A stretch of 64,000 nucleotides of DNA from Bacteroidales bacterium (GTDB lineage: Bacteria; Bacteroidota; Bacteroidia; Bacteroidales; WCHB1-69), in assembly GCA_045132055.1 (NCBI GenBank), contig JBGURP010000033.1:128806-192805 (forward strand). Direction: 5' to 3'. The stretch's first letter is position 1. Each line of letters starts with the position of its first letter. Position numbers and translations under genes: made by a program. Below are positions 17,486 to 26,863 of this stretch, piece after piece. The notes beneath the pieces are model-generated. The model had not been told where the DNA came from and did no database searches. It saw only the letters and a program-made list of their open reading frames with translations.

Positions 17486-18592
17486 ATGAAAGTTGTATTT
17501 CTGCTAACCGCCCACGCCGCTGATGATGACAGAGTATGGTATCATCAGGTTCCGAGTCTGCTGCAGCACGACTGTGAGGTGGCGGTGATCGCTCCGCGTG
17601 TCGCGCAACTGTCATCACCTTTGATGAGGATTTACAATCCTGAGATTCTGTCACGTCAGCAGCTGATTCGGCATTTGGCGGAACTGCTGCTGGAACAGCA
17701 GCCCGATGTGGTGATTGGTGACACGCCCATGGCCTTGTGTGGCGCGCTGGCATACCGACGGAAGAATCATGCTTCTTGCCGTATTCTGTATGATGTGACA
17801 GAATGGTATCCTTCCAAAAAGAATGTTCGGAATCTTGGACCTGGCCGCAGTTTTTTCAAAAGAATCATTCTCCATCTGTTTAAAATCTATGTGAATTGTC
17901 ATACGGATGGATTTATTTTTGGGGAGAAATTTAAATCACTGCCTTTCAGACGATTATTTCCCAGAAAACCGTATGTATATCTCTCATATTATCCGGAATT
18001 GAATTATATTGCTCCTTCACAGCCTGGTAATTTGAAGGAGAAGGTGCGGCTGTTCTACAGTGGGCCGCTGACGGAGGAAAAAGGCTTCCCGCACGTGCTC
18101 GCTTCGGCGGCCAAGGTGGCCCGCAGGCATCCGGATTGGAAGGTGAATCTGAAAGTGCTCACGGATGCTCTGTTACCTCATGTCCCCGCTGATTTGCCCG
18201 AGAATCTTGCGTTGGACATCTCACCCTATCTTCCTTTTGAAAAGTTCTGCAAAATACTGGCCGAACAAGACTTGTTTCTGGATTTACGAAGCACAGACAG
18301 GGAAAATAGAAAATGTCTGCCCATCAAACTCTTCTACTATATGGCAGCTGGGAAGCCCGTCATCTATTCCGATTTGGACGCCATAGAGGACGGTTGCCCG
18401 GAGATCTCGCAGATGGGCTACCTTGTGAATCCACGGAATGAGGACAGGGTGGCAGACATCATTGAACACTATGTGATGGTCCCAGAACTTTACAGGCAAC
18501 AGTGCGACAATGCGCGTCGCCTTGCCGAGCAAAAATACCACTGGAAGGCAATAGAAGCCGACTTTGTCCGTTTTATTCTGCAACATGAGTAG
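17486..18592 (+). CDS. GT-B glycosyltransferase (family 4/1-like)
   Basis: MKVVFLLTAHAADDDRVWY...YSGPLTEEKGFPHVL...KLFYYMAAGKPVI has GT4-type C-terminal domain features. The ORF-track start 17465 is a TTG, so ATG 17486 is used. Confidence 0.75.
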   Translation: MKVVFLLTAHAADDDRVWYHQVPSLLQHDCEVAVIAPRVAQLSSPLMRIYNPEILSRQQLIRHLAELLLEQQPDVVIGDTPMALCGALAYRRKNHASCRILYDVTEWYPSKKNVRNLGPGRSFFKRIILHLFKIYVNCHTDGFIFGEKFKSLPFRRLFPRKPYVYLSYYPELNYIAPSQPGNLKEKVRLFYSGPLTEEKGFPHVLASAAKVARRHPDWKVNLKVLTDALLPHVPADLPENLALDISPYLPFEKFCKILAEQDLFLDLRSTDRENRKCLPIKLFYYMAAGKPVIYSDLDAIEDGCPEISQMGYLVNPRNEDRVADIIEHYVMVPELYRQQCDNARRLAEQKYHWKAIEADFVRFILQHE

Positions 18593-19787
18593 CCTGAATC
18601 TGAAAACCAATATTTTAGCCACAATCTTCAGCAAATCATTGATTCTTTTGCTGAATTTTGCAGTTGTGGTGCTCACAACCCAGTTGTGGGGGGCAGACGG
18701 GCGCGGGGCAGTGGCTCTGTTCGTGGCTGATTTGGGACTGATTTCCATTTTTGCCAATGTCTTCACCGGCAGCAGCGTCTCCTATTTCTTTTCCAGACTG
18801 GGCACCTCCAAACTATCTACGGCTGCCTACATGTGGTCGTTTCTCGTCTCCGCTGTCGGAGCGTCGGTCTTGCTGCTTGCAGGGCGCATGTCTGTCGCAC
18901 CCTTTGTGTTCGCCGCCTCTGTGCTCATGGGCATCATCGCGTTTCACAATTCATTGTTTGTCGGGGACCAGAAGATAGCGCATTACAACCTGATGACGGT
19001 CTTGCAACCCGCGTCGCTGCTGCTGTTCATGCTGCTGTTCCATCTGATATGGCCTCAACAGGGCTACTATTGCTACTTTTACGGGCAAATCGTATCACTT
19101 TGTGTGATGTTGCTGGTGTGCCGGATTCTGCGACGCAAAATGGGCATACGCCTGCAGTGGGACTACGATCGGGATTGCAACCGCCAGCTGCTTGCTTTTG
19201 GTTGGAAAACCGAATTGAGCAGCCTGTTGCAGTTTTTCAATTATCGTCTAACTTATTATGTGCTGGATATTTACATTGGACGAGGTTCGGTGGGGGTTTT
19301 CTCTATCGGCGTGACAATCGCGGAGGCTATCTGGATTGTGAGCCGCAGCATCTCGACGGTGCAATTTTCCAATGTGCTCAAGCAGGGCGATACAAAGCAA
19401 TCCAGGGATGAAACCATGTCGCTGGCATTGGCGAGTTTAGTGGTTTCAGCCGTATGCGTGGGAATTATTCTGTTGTTGCCGAAAGCGTTGTTCTCTTTTA
19501 TCTTCGGTCCGGAGTTCGGCGGCGTGAAACAAGTGGTGCTGTTGCTTGCCCCTGGCATTTTAGCCATCGCTTTTTCCAATGTGATAGGCCACTATTTTTC
19601 TGCTATCCGCCAACTGAATGTTCTCATCATCAAATCGGCGATAGGTCTTCTGTTTACGTTAGCATTGTCGTTCTGGCTGGTCCCGAAATGGCAAGTGGAC
19701 GGCGCCTGTGTGGTCAATACGGTCTCCTACGTGGTTTCCTCGCTCGTGTTGCTGATCTATTATCAGCGCAGAGCACGATTAGAATAA
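18585..19787 (+). CDS. Wzx-like polysaccharide/oligosaccharide flippase (MOP superfamily)
   Basis: ~12 hydrophobic segments over 400 aa. The ATG overlaps the GT4 stop by 8 nt. Confidence 0.75.
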   Translation: MSSLNLKTNILATIFSKSLILLLNFAVVVLTTQLWGADGRGAVALFVADLGLISIFANVFTGSSVSYFFSRLGTSKLSTAAYMWSFLVSAVGASVLLLAGRMSVAPFVFAASVLMGIIAFHNSLFVGDQKIAHYNLMTVLQPASLLLFMLLFHLIWPQQGYYCYFYGQIVSLCVMLLVCRILRRKMGIRLQWDYDRDCNRQLLAFGWKTELSSLLQFFNYRLTYYVLDIYIGRGSVGVFSIGVTIAEAIWIVSRSISTVQFSNVLKQGDTKQSRDETMSLALASLVVSAVCVGIILLLPKALFSFIFGPEFGGVKQVVLLLAPGILAIAFSNVIGHYFSAIRQLNVLIIKSAIGLLFTLALSFWLVPKWQVDGACVVNTVSYVVSSLVLLIYYQRRARLE

Positions 19788-21834
19788 TGGAAATCAGTAC
19801 CGTAACGCACTCCACGATAAATGCTATTTTGCAATCTCGGCGGTCATAATACAGTCTTATATGATGTTCTCCTTTCGGGACATCGACTGAAATCATGGCT
19901 GTGTTCAATTGCTGTATTTGCAATGGTATATCATTGTCCATCACGGCTTTCCATCCTGGGTAATACATTTGAGCAAGTGCCAGTGGACGCGTTTCTTCCG
20001 TTACGGTATGCAGTTTGGCCTCTCCCGGTTTGAATGAAGTGAATTCTACTTCCGCAACTGTTTCATAGTGAGCTTTCAAACTTGAGTCGGAAGAATATGC
20101 GGTATCCACAGACAATCTCAAAGGGGTTTCCGAATACACAATTTCAGCAGGGAAGAAGACCGCTTTGGGCAGATATAGCAATTCATCCTTTTCAAAATAG
20201 GGCTGCAGCATCTCCTCATGATTCTTCAATTTGAAAGGATCCCGGCTTGCCCATTCGATTTTCTTGGCGAAACACCCTAAATTTTGATACATGGTGCCAT
20301 AATCCAGCTCATGTTTCAGTCTTTCGGAAGAGGTAACCTCTTGGGGCAGTGGAAAATCGTGAGGCACGGCCTTCAGGATTTGGGCAAATTGGGCATTGGT
20401 GAGATATATCTGAAAGCCGGTGGATGTCAGACACAGCCAAGTCATGACTACCAGATCCAGAACCAAGCCGATAGCCAATATGGATTGGGCATGTTTTGTG
20501 TTTCGCCATAGCAGAATTGCCACAACAAGTATCAACACAACATAAAACAACGCTTGTAATCCCCAATAAAAGCTGTTTTCATAATCTTTATAATGATGAA
20601 AATCCACTTTGGTAAAATGGCTGATCATCACAATCAGGTACATCACGCCAAGGGACAGCAAGAATGCCATGAAAAACATTCTGTACCGGCTGAAATTCAA
20701 ACAGACGGATTCACAACCTTTTGTTGCCACAATCAAAATGGAGATCACTACAAAACATCTGAAGATGGTTTGGATTCGTAACATGTTGATAAATGGCATT
20801 TTGTAGGCCAATTTATAAAGAGGCAACTGGTTCCCAAACGACAAGAGCAAACACAGAATGCCTCCGCCTATGAAAAACCACACATTGGTGTTTTTCCGTT
20901 GAAACAATCCAATGATAAAAAAGAATACAGTGAAAAGACCCACAAATATCGACCTCATGGATATGTCCAACGCCATCCATTCGCGGCTGTAGCTGGCCAT
21001 CCAAGGGAAAAACAGGGATAGCAATGCTTTGGGAACAAAAGCTGCTGCCGTAGCCTGTTTGAATGTCAGGCCATCACCTCTGGTAACATAGTGGGTTGTT
21101 TCCAGGTAAGAAATCAATGAGGGTAGAGAAAACAGTACCAATGCAATTCCGGAAATGAACAAAAACAGGCACAATTTTTTCAGTTTTTCGCCCTCTTTTT
21201 GTATGATCATTCGGATGAGATGTGTCAGAGCGAACACGATGAAAAAGTAAAACAGGATGAAGCAAAAACCTGAATAACCTCCAGTGAACATCAGCGACAG
21301 CGCCAAGGCAAAGCACAAGGCGTTTTTGAGCGAGGGCGTTTCAAAGATTCTGATCATGTAATTCAATGCCCAAGGGAGCCATGCCAGGGCTATGATCCAG
21401 GAATAGTGCTGGGCGTTGCCGGTGAACGGTCCCGACAGCATGTAGCAGCAGGCAATCAGGAAGCAGGCAATCTGCTGTTTGGAGAAGCATTGGGCCAATT
21501 TATAAAATCCCCAGCCGGCCATAAAAACATGGAAAATGAATTCCACACCCCAGAAATAGGGATTGTATTGCCCCATCAATGTCATCAACCAGAAGGGAAG
21601 ATAAAAAATGAAGGATTGTGGATCGGCATGAGCCGGAATGCCCATCGAGCGATAGGGGCACCAAAAAGGCCACACGCCATTTTCCAGGGAGTTCATCATG
21701 AACCAGCGGGCAGGGAAGAATTCGCTGGCAAAATCATAGATGGGGGCATAAATCAGCGTGCCAAAACAAGCAACGGTGCTAATAATCAGCAGAAAGAAAA
21801 TGTACTTGTTTTGATCGAAAAAACTCTTTACCAT
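19714..21834 (-). CDS. YfhO-family GT-C-fold membrane glycosyltransferase
   Basis: 706 aa, a polytopic N-terminal two thirds (…WPFWCPYRSMGIPAHADPQ…), a soluble C-terminal part and a final TM helix. Confidence 0.75.
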   Translation of the reverse strand: MVKSFFDQNKYIFFLLIISTVACFGTLIYAPIYDFASEFFPARWFMMNSLENGVWPFWCPYRSMGIPAHADPQSFIFYLPFWLMTLMGQYNPYFWGVEFIFHVFMAGWGFYKLAQCFSKQQIACFLIACCYMLSGPFTGNAQHYSWIIALAWLPWALNYMIRIFETPSLKNALCFALALSLMFTGGYSGFCFILFYFFIVFALTHLIRMIIQKEGEKLKKLCLFLFISGIALVLFSLPSLISYLETTHYVTRGDGLTFKQATAAAFVPKALLSLFFPWMASYSREWMALDISMRSIFVGLFTVFFFIIGLFQRKNTNVWFFIGGGILCLLLSFGNQLPLYKLAYKMPFINMLRIQTIFRCFVVISILIVATKGCESVCLNFSRYRMFFMAFLLSLGVMYLIVMISHFTKVDFHHYKDYENSFYWGLQALFYVVLILVVAILLWRNTKHAQSILAIGLVLDLVVMTWLCLTSTGFQIYLTNAQFAQILKAVPHDFPLPQEVTSSERLKHELDYGTMYQNLGCFAKKIEWASRDPFKLKNHEEMLQPYFEKDELLYLPKAVFFPAEIVYSETPLRLSVDTAYSSDSSLKAHYETVAEVEFTSFKPGEAKLHTVTEETRPLALAQMYYPGWKAVMDNDIPLQIQQLNTAMISVDVPKGEHHIRLYYDRRDCKIAFIVECVTVLISIILIVLCADNRSATRARKPRRRPY

Positions 21835-21850
21835 GAGAGATCATTGTTTG

Positions 21851-22486
21851 TTATTGGCTGTTTCCTAAATACACCACCACCACACCTTTGCCGTGCAACT
21901 CGATGGAAAAGGAGTCTCCCAATGCTTCGTTCAGACTGCCTTCCCAGAGATGCTGGAAGCAACGTTCGTGCACAGGATACTTGAGATTGTGGAAGGTCAA
22001 TGGAAGATGCTCGTCTTTGCAGAACACCGAGACCGGTTGTCCTTTGAACGAGGGCAGGGTAGAGGTCTGCCGTATCGCGATAAATGTGCCGTAGTCAGTT
22101 ACCATCTTCATATCCAGATGCTCGCTGTAGGTGGCCATGATGCTGAGGTTGGCGATGAAATGGTCCTCGCGCAGGCCGCCGCATCCGAGCAATGTAACAA
22201 GGTTCAGTTCGTTGGCAATGCAGTATTTGAGGGCTTTTTGCAAGTCGTTGTATTCTTCACTCTTGTCGGGATGAAGGCAATCTTTCCACCGTAGGAGACT
22301 CGACTTTTGCGCAGAGTCCAAATCGCCCACAATGGCGGTAGGCTCGTAGCCGGCAGCCACCAGCTTGTCCAATGCCCCGTCGCAGCAGATAATCTGCTCC
22401 GCCTGCCGCAGACATTCCAAAGCAGTGTTACTGCAAGGAAATTGCCCATTGGCCAAAATCACTGTCCTGAACACCACTTCACTCAT
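21851..22486 (-). CDS. thiamine pyrophosphokinase
   Basis: 211 aa with the TAIVGDLDS motif and the typical size. Confidence 0.8.
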   Translation of the reverse strand: MSEVVFRTVILANGQFPCSNTALECLRQAEQIICCDGALDKLVAAGYEPTAIVGDLDSAQKSSLLRWKDCLHPDKSEEYNDLQKALKYCIANELNLVTLLGCGGLREDHFIANLSIMATYSEHLDMKMVTDYGTFIAIRQTSTLPSFKGQPVSVFCKDEHLPLTFHNLKYPVHERCFQHLWEGSLNEALGDSFSIELHGKGVVVVYLGNSQ

Positions 22487-22500
22487 CTCTATTCCGTAAT

Positions 22501-22542
22501 CTCTTAACCCTAAACTCTAACCTCTAATCTCTAATCTCTCCT
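22501..22542 (-). repeat. six tandem heptamers (plus strand CTCTTAA CCCTAAA CTCTAAC CTCTAAT CTCTAAT CTCTCCT)
   Basis: Read directly. The array fills the spacer between the stop at 22541-22543 and the start at 22486. Confidence 0.85.
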
Positions 22543-25500
22543 ACATCCATTTCACCAGATTGAAGTCCAAATCATGCGGCAGCATGGGGTTCTGCGGAAT
22601 GATGCGGATGGCGCAGTTCCAGAGTCCCACGTCTTTGGCGTCCATGTCGAATTGATAGGTCAGCGTGTCGCCTTCCTCCTTGACAGCGACGAGCGGGTAT
22701 TTGGCATGCAGTATGGTTCGGTGTTGTTCGTTCTGCTCCGTGAACAGCATCTCCACTTTCAGGTCGTCGGCGCAGAGCGAGCCTTTCTTGATGGTCAGCG
22801 TCAGGGCCAGCTTCTCGCCCACATAGAAGGTGTTGTTGATCCGGTTCTGGTAATTGAGCTCCACGCATTTGAGGTTGCTCCAGTTGGCCAGCATTTTCTC
22901 TTTCCAGCGTAGAAGCGTGCGCACGGGCTTCAGGTTGTCGGCCACCAGTTGCGTGTGGCGGGTCTCCAGTTTATGATAGAACTTGTCGTAATAGTCGTCC
23001 AACTGCCGTTTCATGGTGAAATGCGGGGATATTTTGGAGAAGCATTTCTTCATCATGGTTACCCACGTGGTCGGGATGCCTTGGTTGTCGCGGACATAGA
23101 ACGCCGGAGCGATTTCCTCATCGATGGTAGAGTAGAGCGTGGCGGCGTCCAGCTCGTCTTGCAGGCGGTTGTCCTGATATGTGATCTGCTCTTTGATGGC
23201 CCAGCCGGCGCCAGGCACGTAGCCCTCGGCCCACCAGCCATCCAAAACGCTGAAGTTAAGCACGCCGTTCATCACGGCTTTCTCGCCGGAGGTTCCGGAT
23301 GCCTCCAACGGACGCGTCGGCGTGTTGAGCCACACGTCGCAGCCAGAGACCAGCTTCTTGGCCAGGATCATGTCGTAGTTCTCCACGAAGATGATTTTGC
23401 CCACGAACTCTGGTTTGCGCGCCAGCTCGATGATGCGGGTGATGAGGTCTTGTCCGGCCTTGTCGTGCGGGTGTGCCTTGCCGGCGAACACGAACTGCAC
23501 GGGACGCTCGGGGTTGCTGAGCAGTGCCTTGAGCCGTTCTTCGTTGGTAAACAGCAAATGAGCGCGTTTGTAAGTGGCGAAGCGGCGTGCGAATCCGATG
23601 GTGAGCACGTCGTCGCGGATAGCTTTCAATGTTTGCGCGATGAGCGCGGGCGACTCGTTGCGGCGGCGCATCTGCTCGTTCAGCATGGGCTTGATGGCAT
23701 CGAACATCTCCTTGCGGAGCTCCTGCTTGAGCTGCCATATCCTGCTATCAAACACACTGTTGATCTTGTTCCAGTGTTTAGGGTTGGAGCGGTCGGCGGC
23801 GAACTCTTTGCCGAAAACTTCGGAGTGGAGCTGTTGCCACTTCTTGTGCGCCCAGGTGGGGTAGTGCACGCCATTGGTCACATAGCCGATGTGCGACTCT
23901 TCGGCGAAACGGCCTTCGTAGAGGTCGGCGAACATCTCGCGCGACACGCGCCCGTGAATGCGGCTCACACCGTTGATCTCCTGCGAGAAGCGGCAAGCCA
24001 GAATGCTCATGGAGAACTTGTCGTTGGTATAGTTGTCGCGCTTGCGGCCCAATCCCATGAAGGTTTCCCAGGAAATGTCGAAGCGCTCAGGATACTGTGC
24101 GAAATAGGTGCGCATGAGGTCCTCGTGGAAGGCATCGTGGCCCGCAGGTACGGGTGTGTGGGTGGTGTAAAGCGACGAAGCACGCACCAACTCGGTGGCC
24201 ATCGACAGGTTCACGTGTTCTTCCTGCATAATTTGGTACAGACGCTCCAAACTCAGGAAAGCGGCGTGGCCTTCGTTGAGGTGGAACAGGGTGGGCTTTT
24301 CGCCCAAGATGTTCAGCATGCGCATACCGCCGATGCCGAGCAGGATCTCTTGCTTCAAGCGGTTTTCCACATCGCCGCCGTAGAGGGTGGCGGTGACACC
24401 GCGGTCCTCGTTCCAGTTCTCGTCAAAGTCGGTGTCCATCAGATACAAGGGGATCCGGCCCACGTCCACACGCCAGATGCGGGCATACAGGGTACGTCCG
24501 GGCAGGGCGAGACTCACCTTCTTCCAGTCGCCGTTTTCATCCTTCAGTGGCGTGATGGGCAGTTTGGAGAAACTTTGCGGCGGATAGAGGTTTACCTGCG
24601 CGCCGTGTGCGGAAATCTGCTGGGTGAAGTAACCGTAACGGTACAACAAACCGATGCCGATCATGTTGACGTTGCTGTCGGAGGCTTCTTTCAAGTAGTC
24701 GCCGGCCAGCATGCCCAGACCGCCGGAGAAAATCTTCAGCTCGTTGCTGATGCCGAACTCCATGCTGAAGTAGGCGATTTTCTTCTCGGGACGTGTACAG
24801 GGTGTTTCCATGTAGGCACGGAAGTCGCTATAAACCTTGTCCAACTTCTTCAAATAGGCTTCATTGTTGGCGAAATTCTCGATTCTTTCCAACGGGAGAA
24901 TCTGGATGAGGTGCACCGGATTCTCTGCACAATCGCGCCACAAGGTGGCTCCGGCGATTTCCTCGAACAACTCGCGGGCTTCATAGTTCCAGCTCCACCA
25001 GAGGTTCTCGGACAGTTTCTCTAACTTTTCCAAAGATTCCGGAAGATGAGACTTAATGGCGATGCGGTGCCATTCGGGTCCTTCGGCGCTGATGTGCTCC
25101 ACGATTTGTCCGATGTTGGCAGTTTTGGTTTGATATTGTTCAAAGCGCAGCTCGCTCTTGCTCAGCGCGATGGTGTACGCTTTCTTGTAATTCTCGTAAA
25201 GATTGGTCCACAAGGCCTTCTGGGCAATCTGCATGGCCGTCTGGTTGAGATTGTCCTTGGTCTGCTTGTTGCACTGGCTGTAGAAGGTGATGGCCTTGGC
25301 GATGTTATCGACCACTTCGGCATCGTTGTCGTCGGTACGTTCGATGACGGTTACACTCTGTTGCTCGCCGAACTGGTCGCGGACCCACAGGCCAAAGCCG
25401 GCCAATGTGGTGGTGACGGTCGGCACGCCGAATGCGATGCTTTCCAGCGGCGTGTAGCCCCATGGCTCGTAATAGGATGGGAACACGCTGAGGTCGAAGC

Positions 25501-26758
25501 CGATGAGTAGGTCGTAATAGCTGAGGTTGAAGATGCCGTCGTTGCCGTCGAGATAGACGGGCACATAGACCACCTTGACGTTATCTTCGGGTTTATTGGA
25601 GAGCCCGTTTTCGGCCAGGGCTTTCATGATGGGGTCGTTATAGGGATCGTGCAGCACGTGCGTGGCGTAGTCGCTGGTTATGGGCGTGTTGCCGACGGGT
25701 TGCTGCATGCGGTCGAGCAGCTCCACACGCTTGCCGCTGTTGCCGGCAGGCACCGTGAGGAAGGCCACAATCTTGCGATCGGGTTGCTGCTGCGACAGCT
25801 TAGCCAAACTCTTGATGAATACGTCAATGCCTTTGTTTTTGAACTCGAAGCGTCCGCTGTTGATGACCAGCATGGCGTCTTCCGGGAGTTCTTGCTGCAT
25901 TAGAGATGAGGCTACGTGAAGCAGCGTCTTGCGGGCTGCGGCGCGCTTGGCGTCGAATTCCTCGCCTTTGGGCACGAAGTCGTCCTCAAACCCATTGATG
26001 GTAATGACATCCGCCGGCTTGCAGAAAAATGCATCGCACTCCTTGTTGGTGATCTCGCTCACGGTCGTGTACGCGTCTGCGTGCTGTGCAGAAAGAGATT
26101 CCAGGGAGTATTTGGATTGCACGCCGAAACGGTTGGCGGTCTCTTGCGGCTGATATTGGCGGATGTTGCCATACAGGGGCAGACCGTTGCCAGCGATGCA
26201 GCGTCCCAGCACGGTGGCGTGCGTAGTGAATACGGTGGCAATCTGCGGCGTATTGGTCTTCAGGTACAGAATGCCCGTGCCTGTCATCCACTCGTGGAAA
26301 TGGGCGATGATTTGGTCCATGGAGTTGCAGTGGAAGTTGTAGAAACTCTCAATCACGCGGCCGGCGGCGTAGCCGAACAGTGCAGGCTCGATGTAGTCCC
26401 ACTGTCCGGAGATGGAATCCAGCTTGTAGTTGAGCCAGAATTTGGTCAGAATCTCGTTCTTTTTTTCAAAAAACGGGGTGAAATCAACCAGGAAAACCAC
26501 GGGAGAACCGCAAATGCGCCAGCGTCCGATGCGGACTTTCAGCCCTTCGCGTTGTACCACTTCCCGCCAGTTTTTATATAAATTGACGTCTTCAATGAAG
26601 TCATCACTATGTTCTTTGGATAAATCAGGACCTATGCAAATATAATTGTCGTGCAGGTTTTCCACCACTGTGGCTGCTTTGGTGGATAAAACAGTATGGA
26701 TGCCGCCCACTTTGTTACAAATTTCCCAGGCGGTTTCAAAAATGTAATCAGCAATCAT
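22541..26758 (-). CDS. fusion protein: GT3-type glycogen synthase (N) + alpha-glucan phosphorylase GT35 (C)
   Basis: N-terminus: MIADYIFETAWEICNKVGGIHTV. C-terminus: FSMEFG...GGLGMLAGD, LNEGHAAF, TRPLEASGTSGEKAVMNG. The start was moved to ATG 26758 because a tatctttg box (26783-26790) lies inside the longer ORF. Confidence 0.9.
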   Translation of the reverse strand: MIADYIFETAWEICNKVGGIHTVLSTKAATVVENLHDNYICIGPDLSKEHSDDFIEDVNLYKNWREVVQREGLKVRIGRWRICGSPVVFLVDFTPFFEKKNEILTKFWLNYKLDSISGQWDYIEPALFGYAAGRVIESFYNFHCNSMDQIIAHFHEWMTGTGILYLKTNTPQIATVFTTHATVLGRCIAGNGLPLYGNIRQYQPQETANRFGVQSKYSLESLSAQHADAYTTVSEITNKECDAFFCKPADVITINGFEDDFVPKGEEFDAKRAAARKTLLHVASSLMQQELPEDAMLVINSGRFEFKNKGIDVFIKSLAKLSQQQPDRKIVAFLTVPAGNSGKRVELLDRMQQPVGNTPITSDYATHVLHDPYNDPIMKALAENGLSNKPEDNVKVVYVPVYLDGNDGIFNLSYYDLLIGFDLSVFPSYYEPWGYTPLESIAFGVPTVTTTLAGFGLWVRDQFGEQQSVTVIERTDDNDAEVVDNIAKAITFYSQCNKQTKDNLNQTAMQIAQKALWTNLYENYKKAYTIALSKSELRFEQYQTKTANIGQIVEHISAEGPEWHRIAIKSHLPESLEKLEKLSENLWWSWNYEARELFEEIAGATLWRDCAENPVHLIQILPLERIENFANNEAYLKKLDKVYSDFRAYMETPCTRPEKKIAYFSMEFGISNELKIFSGGLGMLAGDYLKEASDSNVNMIGIGLLYRYGYFTQQISAHGAQVNLYPPQSFSKLPITPLKDENGDWKKVSLALPGRTLYARIWRVDVGRIPLYLMDTDFDENWNEDRGVTATLYGGDVENRLKQEILLGIGGMRMLNILGEKPTLFHLNEGHAAFLSLERLYQIMQEEHVNLSMATELVRASSLYTTHTPVPAGHDAFHEDLMRTYFAQYPERFDISWETFMGLGRKRDNYTNDKFSMSILACRFSQEINGVSRIHGRVSREMFADLYEGRFAEESHIGYVTNGVHYPTWAHKKWQQLHSEVFGKEFAADRSNPKHWNKINSVFDSRIWQLKQELRKEMFDAIKPMLNEQMRRRNESPALIAQTLKAIRDDVLTIGFARRFATYKRAHLLFTNEERLKALLSNPERPVQFVFAGKAHPHDKAGQDLITRIIELARKPEFVGKIIFVENYDMILAKKLVSGCDVWLNTPTRPLEASGTSGEKAVMNGVLNFSVLDGWWAEGYVPGAGWAIKEQITYQDNRLQDELDAATLYSTIDEEIAPAFYVRDNQGIPTTWVTMMKKCFSKISPHFTMKRQLDDYYDKFYHKLETRHTQLVADNLKPVRTLLRWKEKMLANWSNLKCVELNYQNRINNTFYVGEKLALTLTIKKGSLCADDLKVEMLFTEQNEQHRTILHAKYPLVAVKEEGDTLTYQFDMDAKDVGLWNCAIRIIPQNPMLPHDLDFNLVKWM

Positions 26759-26782
26759 ATAAGGGGTTGTTTTTTTAGGCTG

Positions 26783-26790
26783 CAAAGATA
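26783..26790 (-). promoter_or_regulatory. candidate -7 box (tatctttg) for the glycogen synthase-phosphorylase gene
   Basis: 25 nt upstream of ATG 26758. Confidence 0.5.
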
Positions 26791-26813
26791 ACAAAAAGCA
26801 ATGAATTTTTTTT

Positions 26814-26821
26814 TATTTTTG
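26814..26821 (+). promoter_or_regulatory. candidate -7 box (tatttttg) for the CoA-transferase gene
   Basis: 43 nt upstream of ATG 26864. Confidence 0.5.
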
Positions 26822-26863
26822 CAAACTAATTTTTCAAGTATCAAATTATAAAACTTTCGAGAT

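Noticed and set aside
22949-25024. 691-aa plus-strand ORF antisense to the glycogen synthase-phosphorylase gene. Similar long antisense ORFs occur at 41569-42405, 44119-45219, 46032-47114, 50822-52462 and 53132-54337.
   Set aside because: All lie entirely inside well-supported genes on the other strand. They have no motif content, and their A/G/V/H/L-rich composition is typical of antisense frames.
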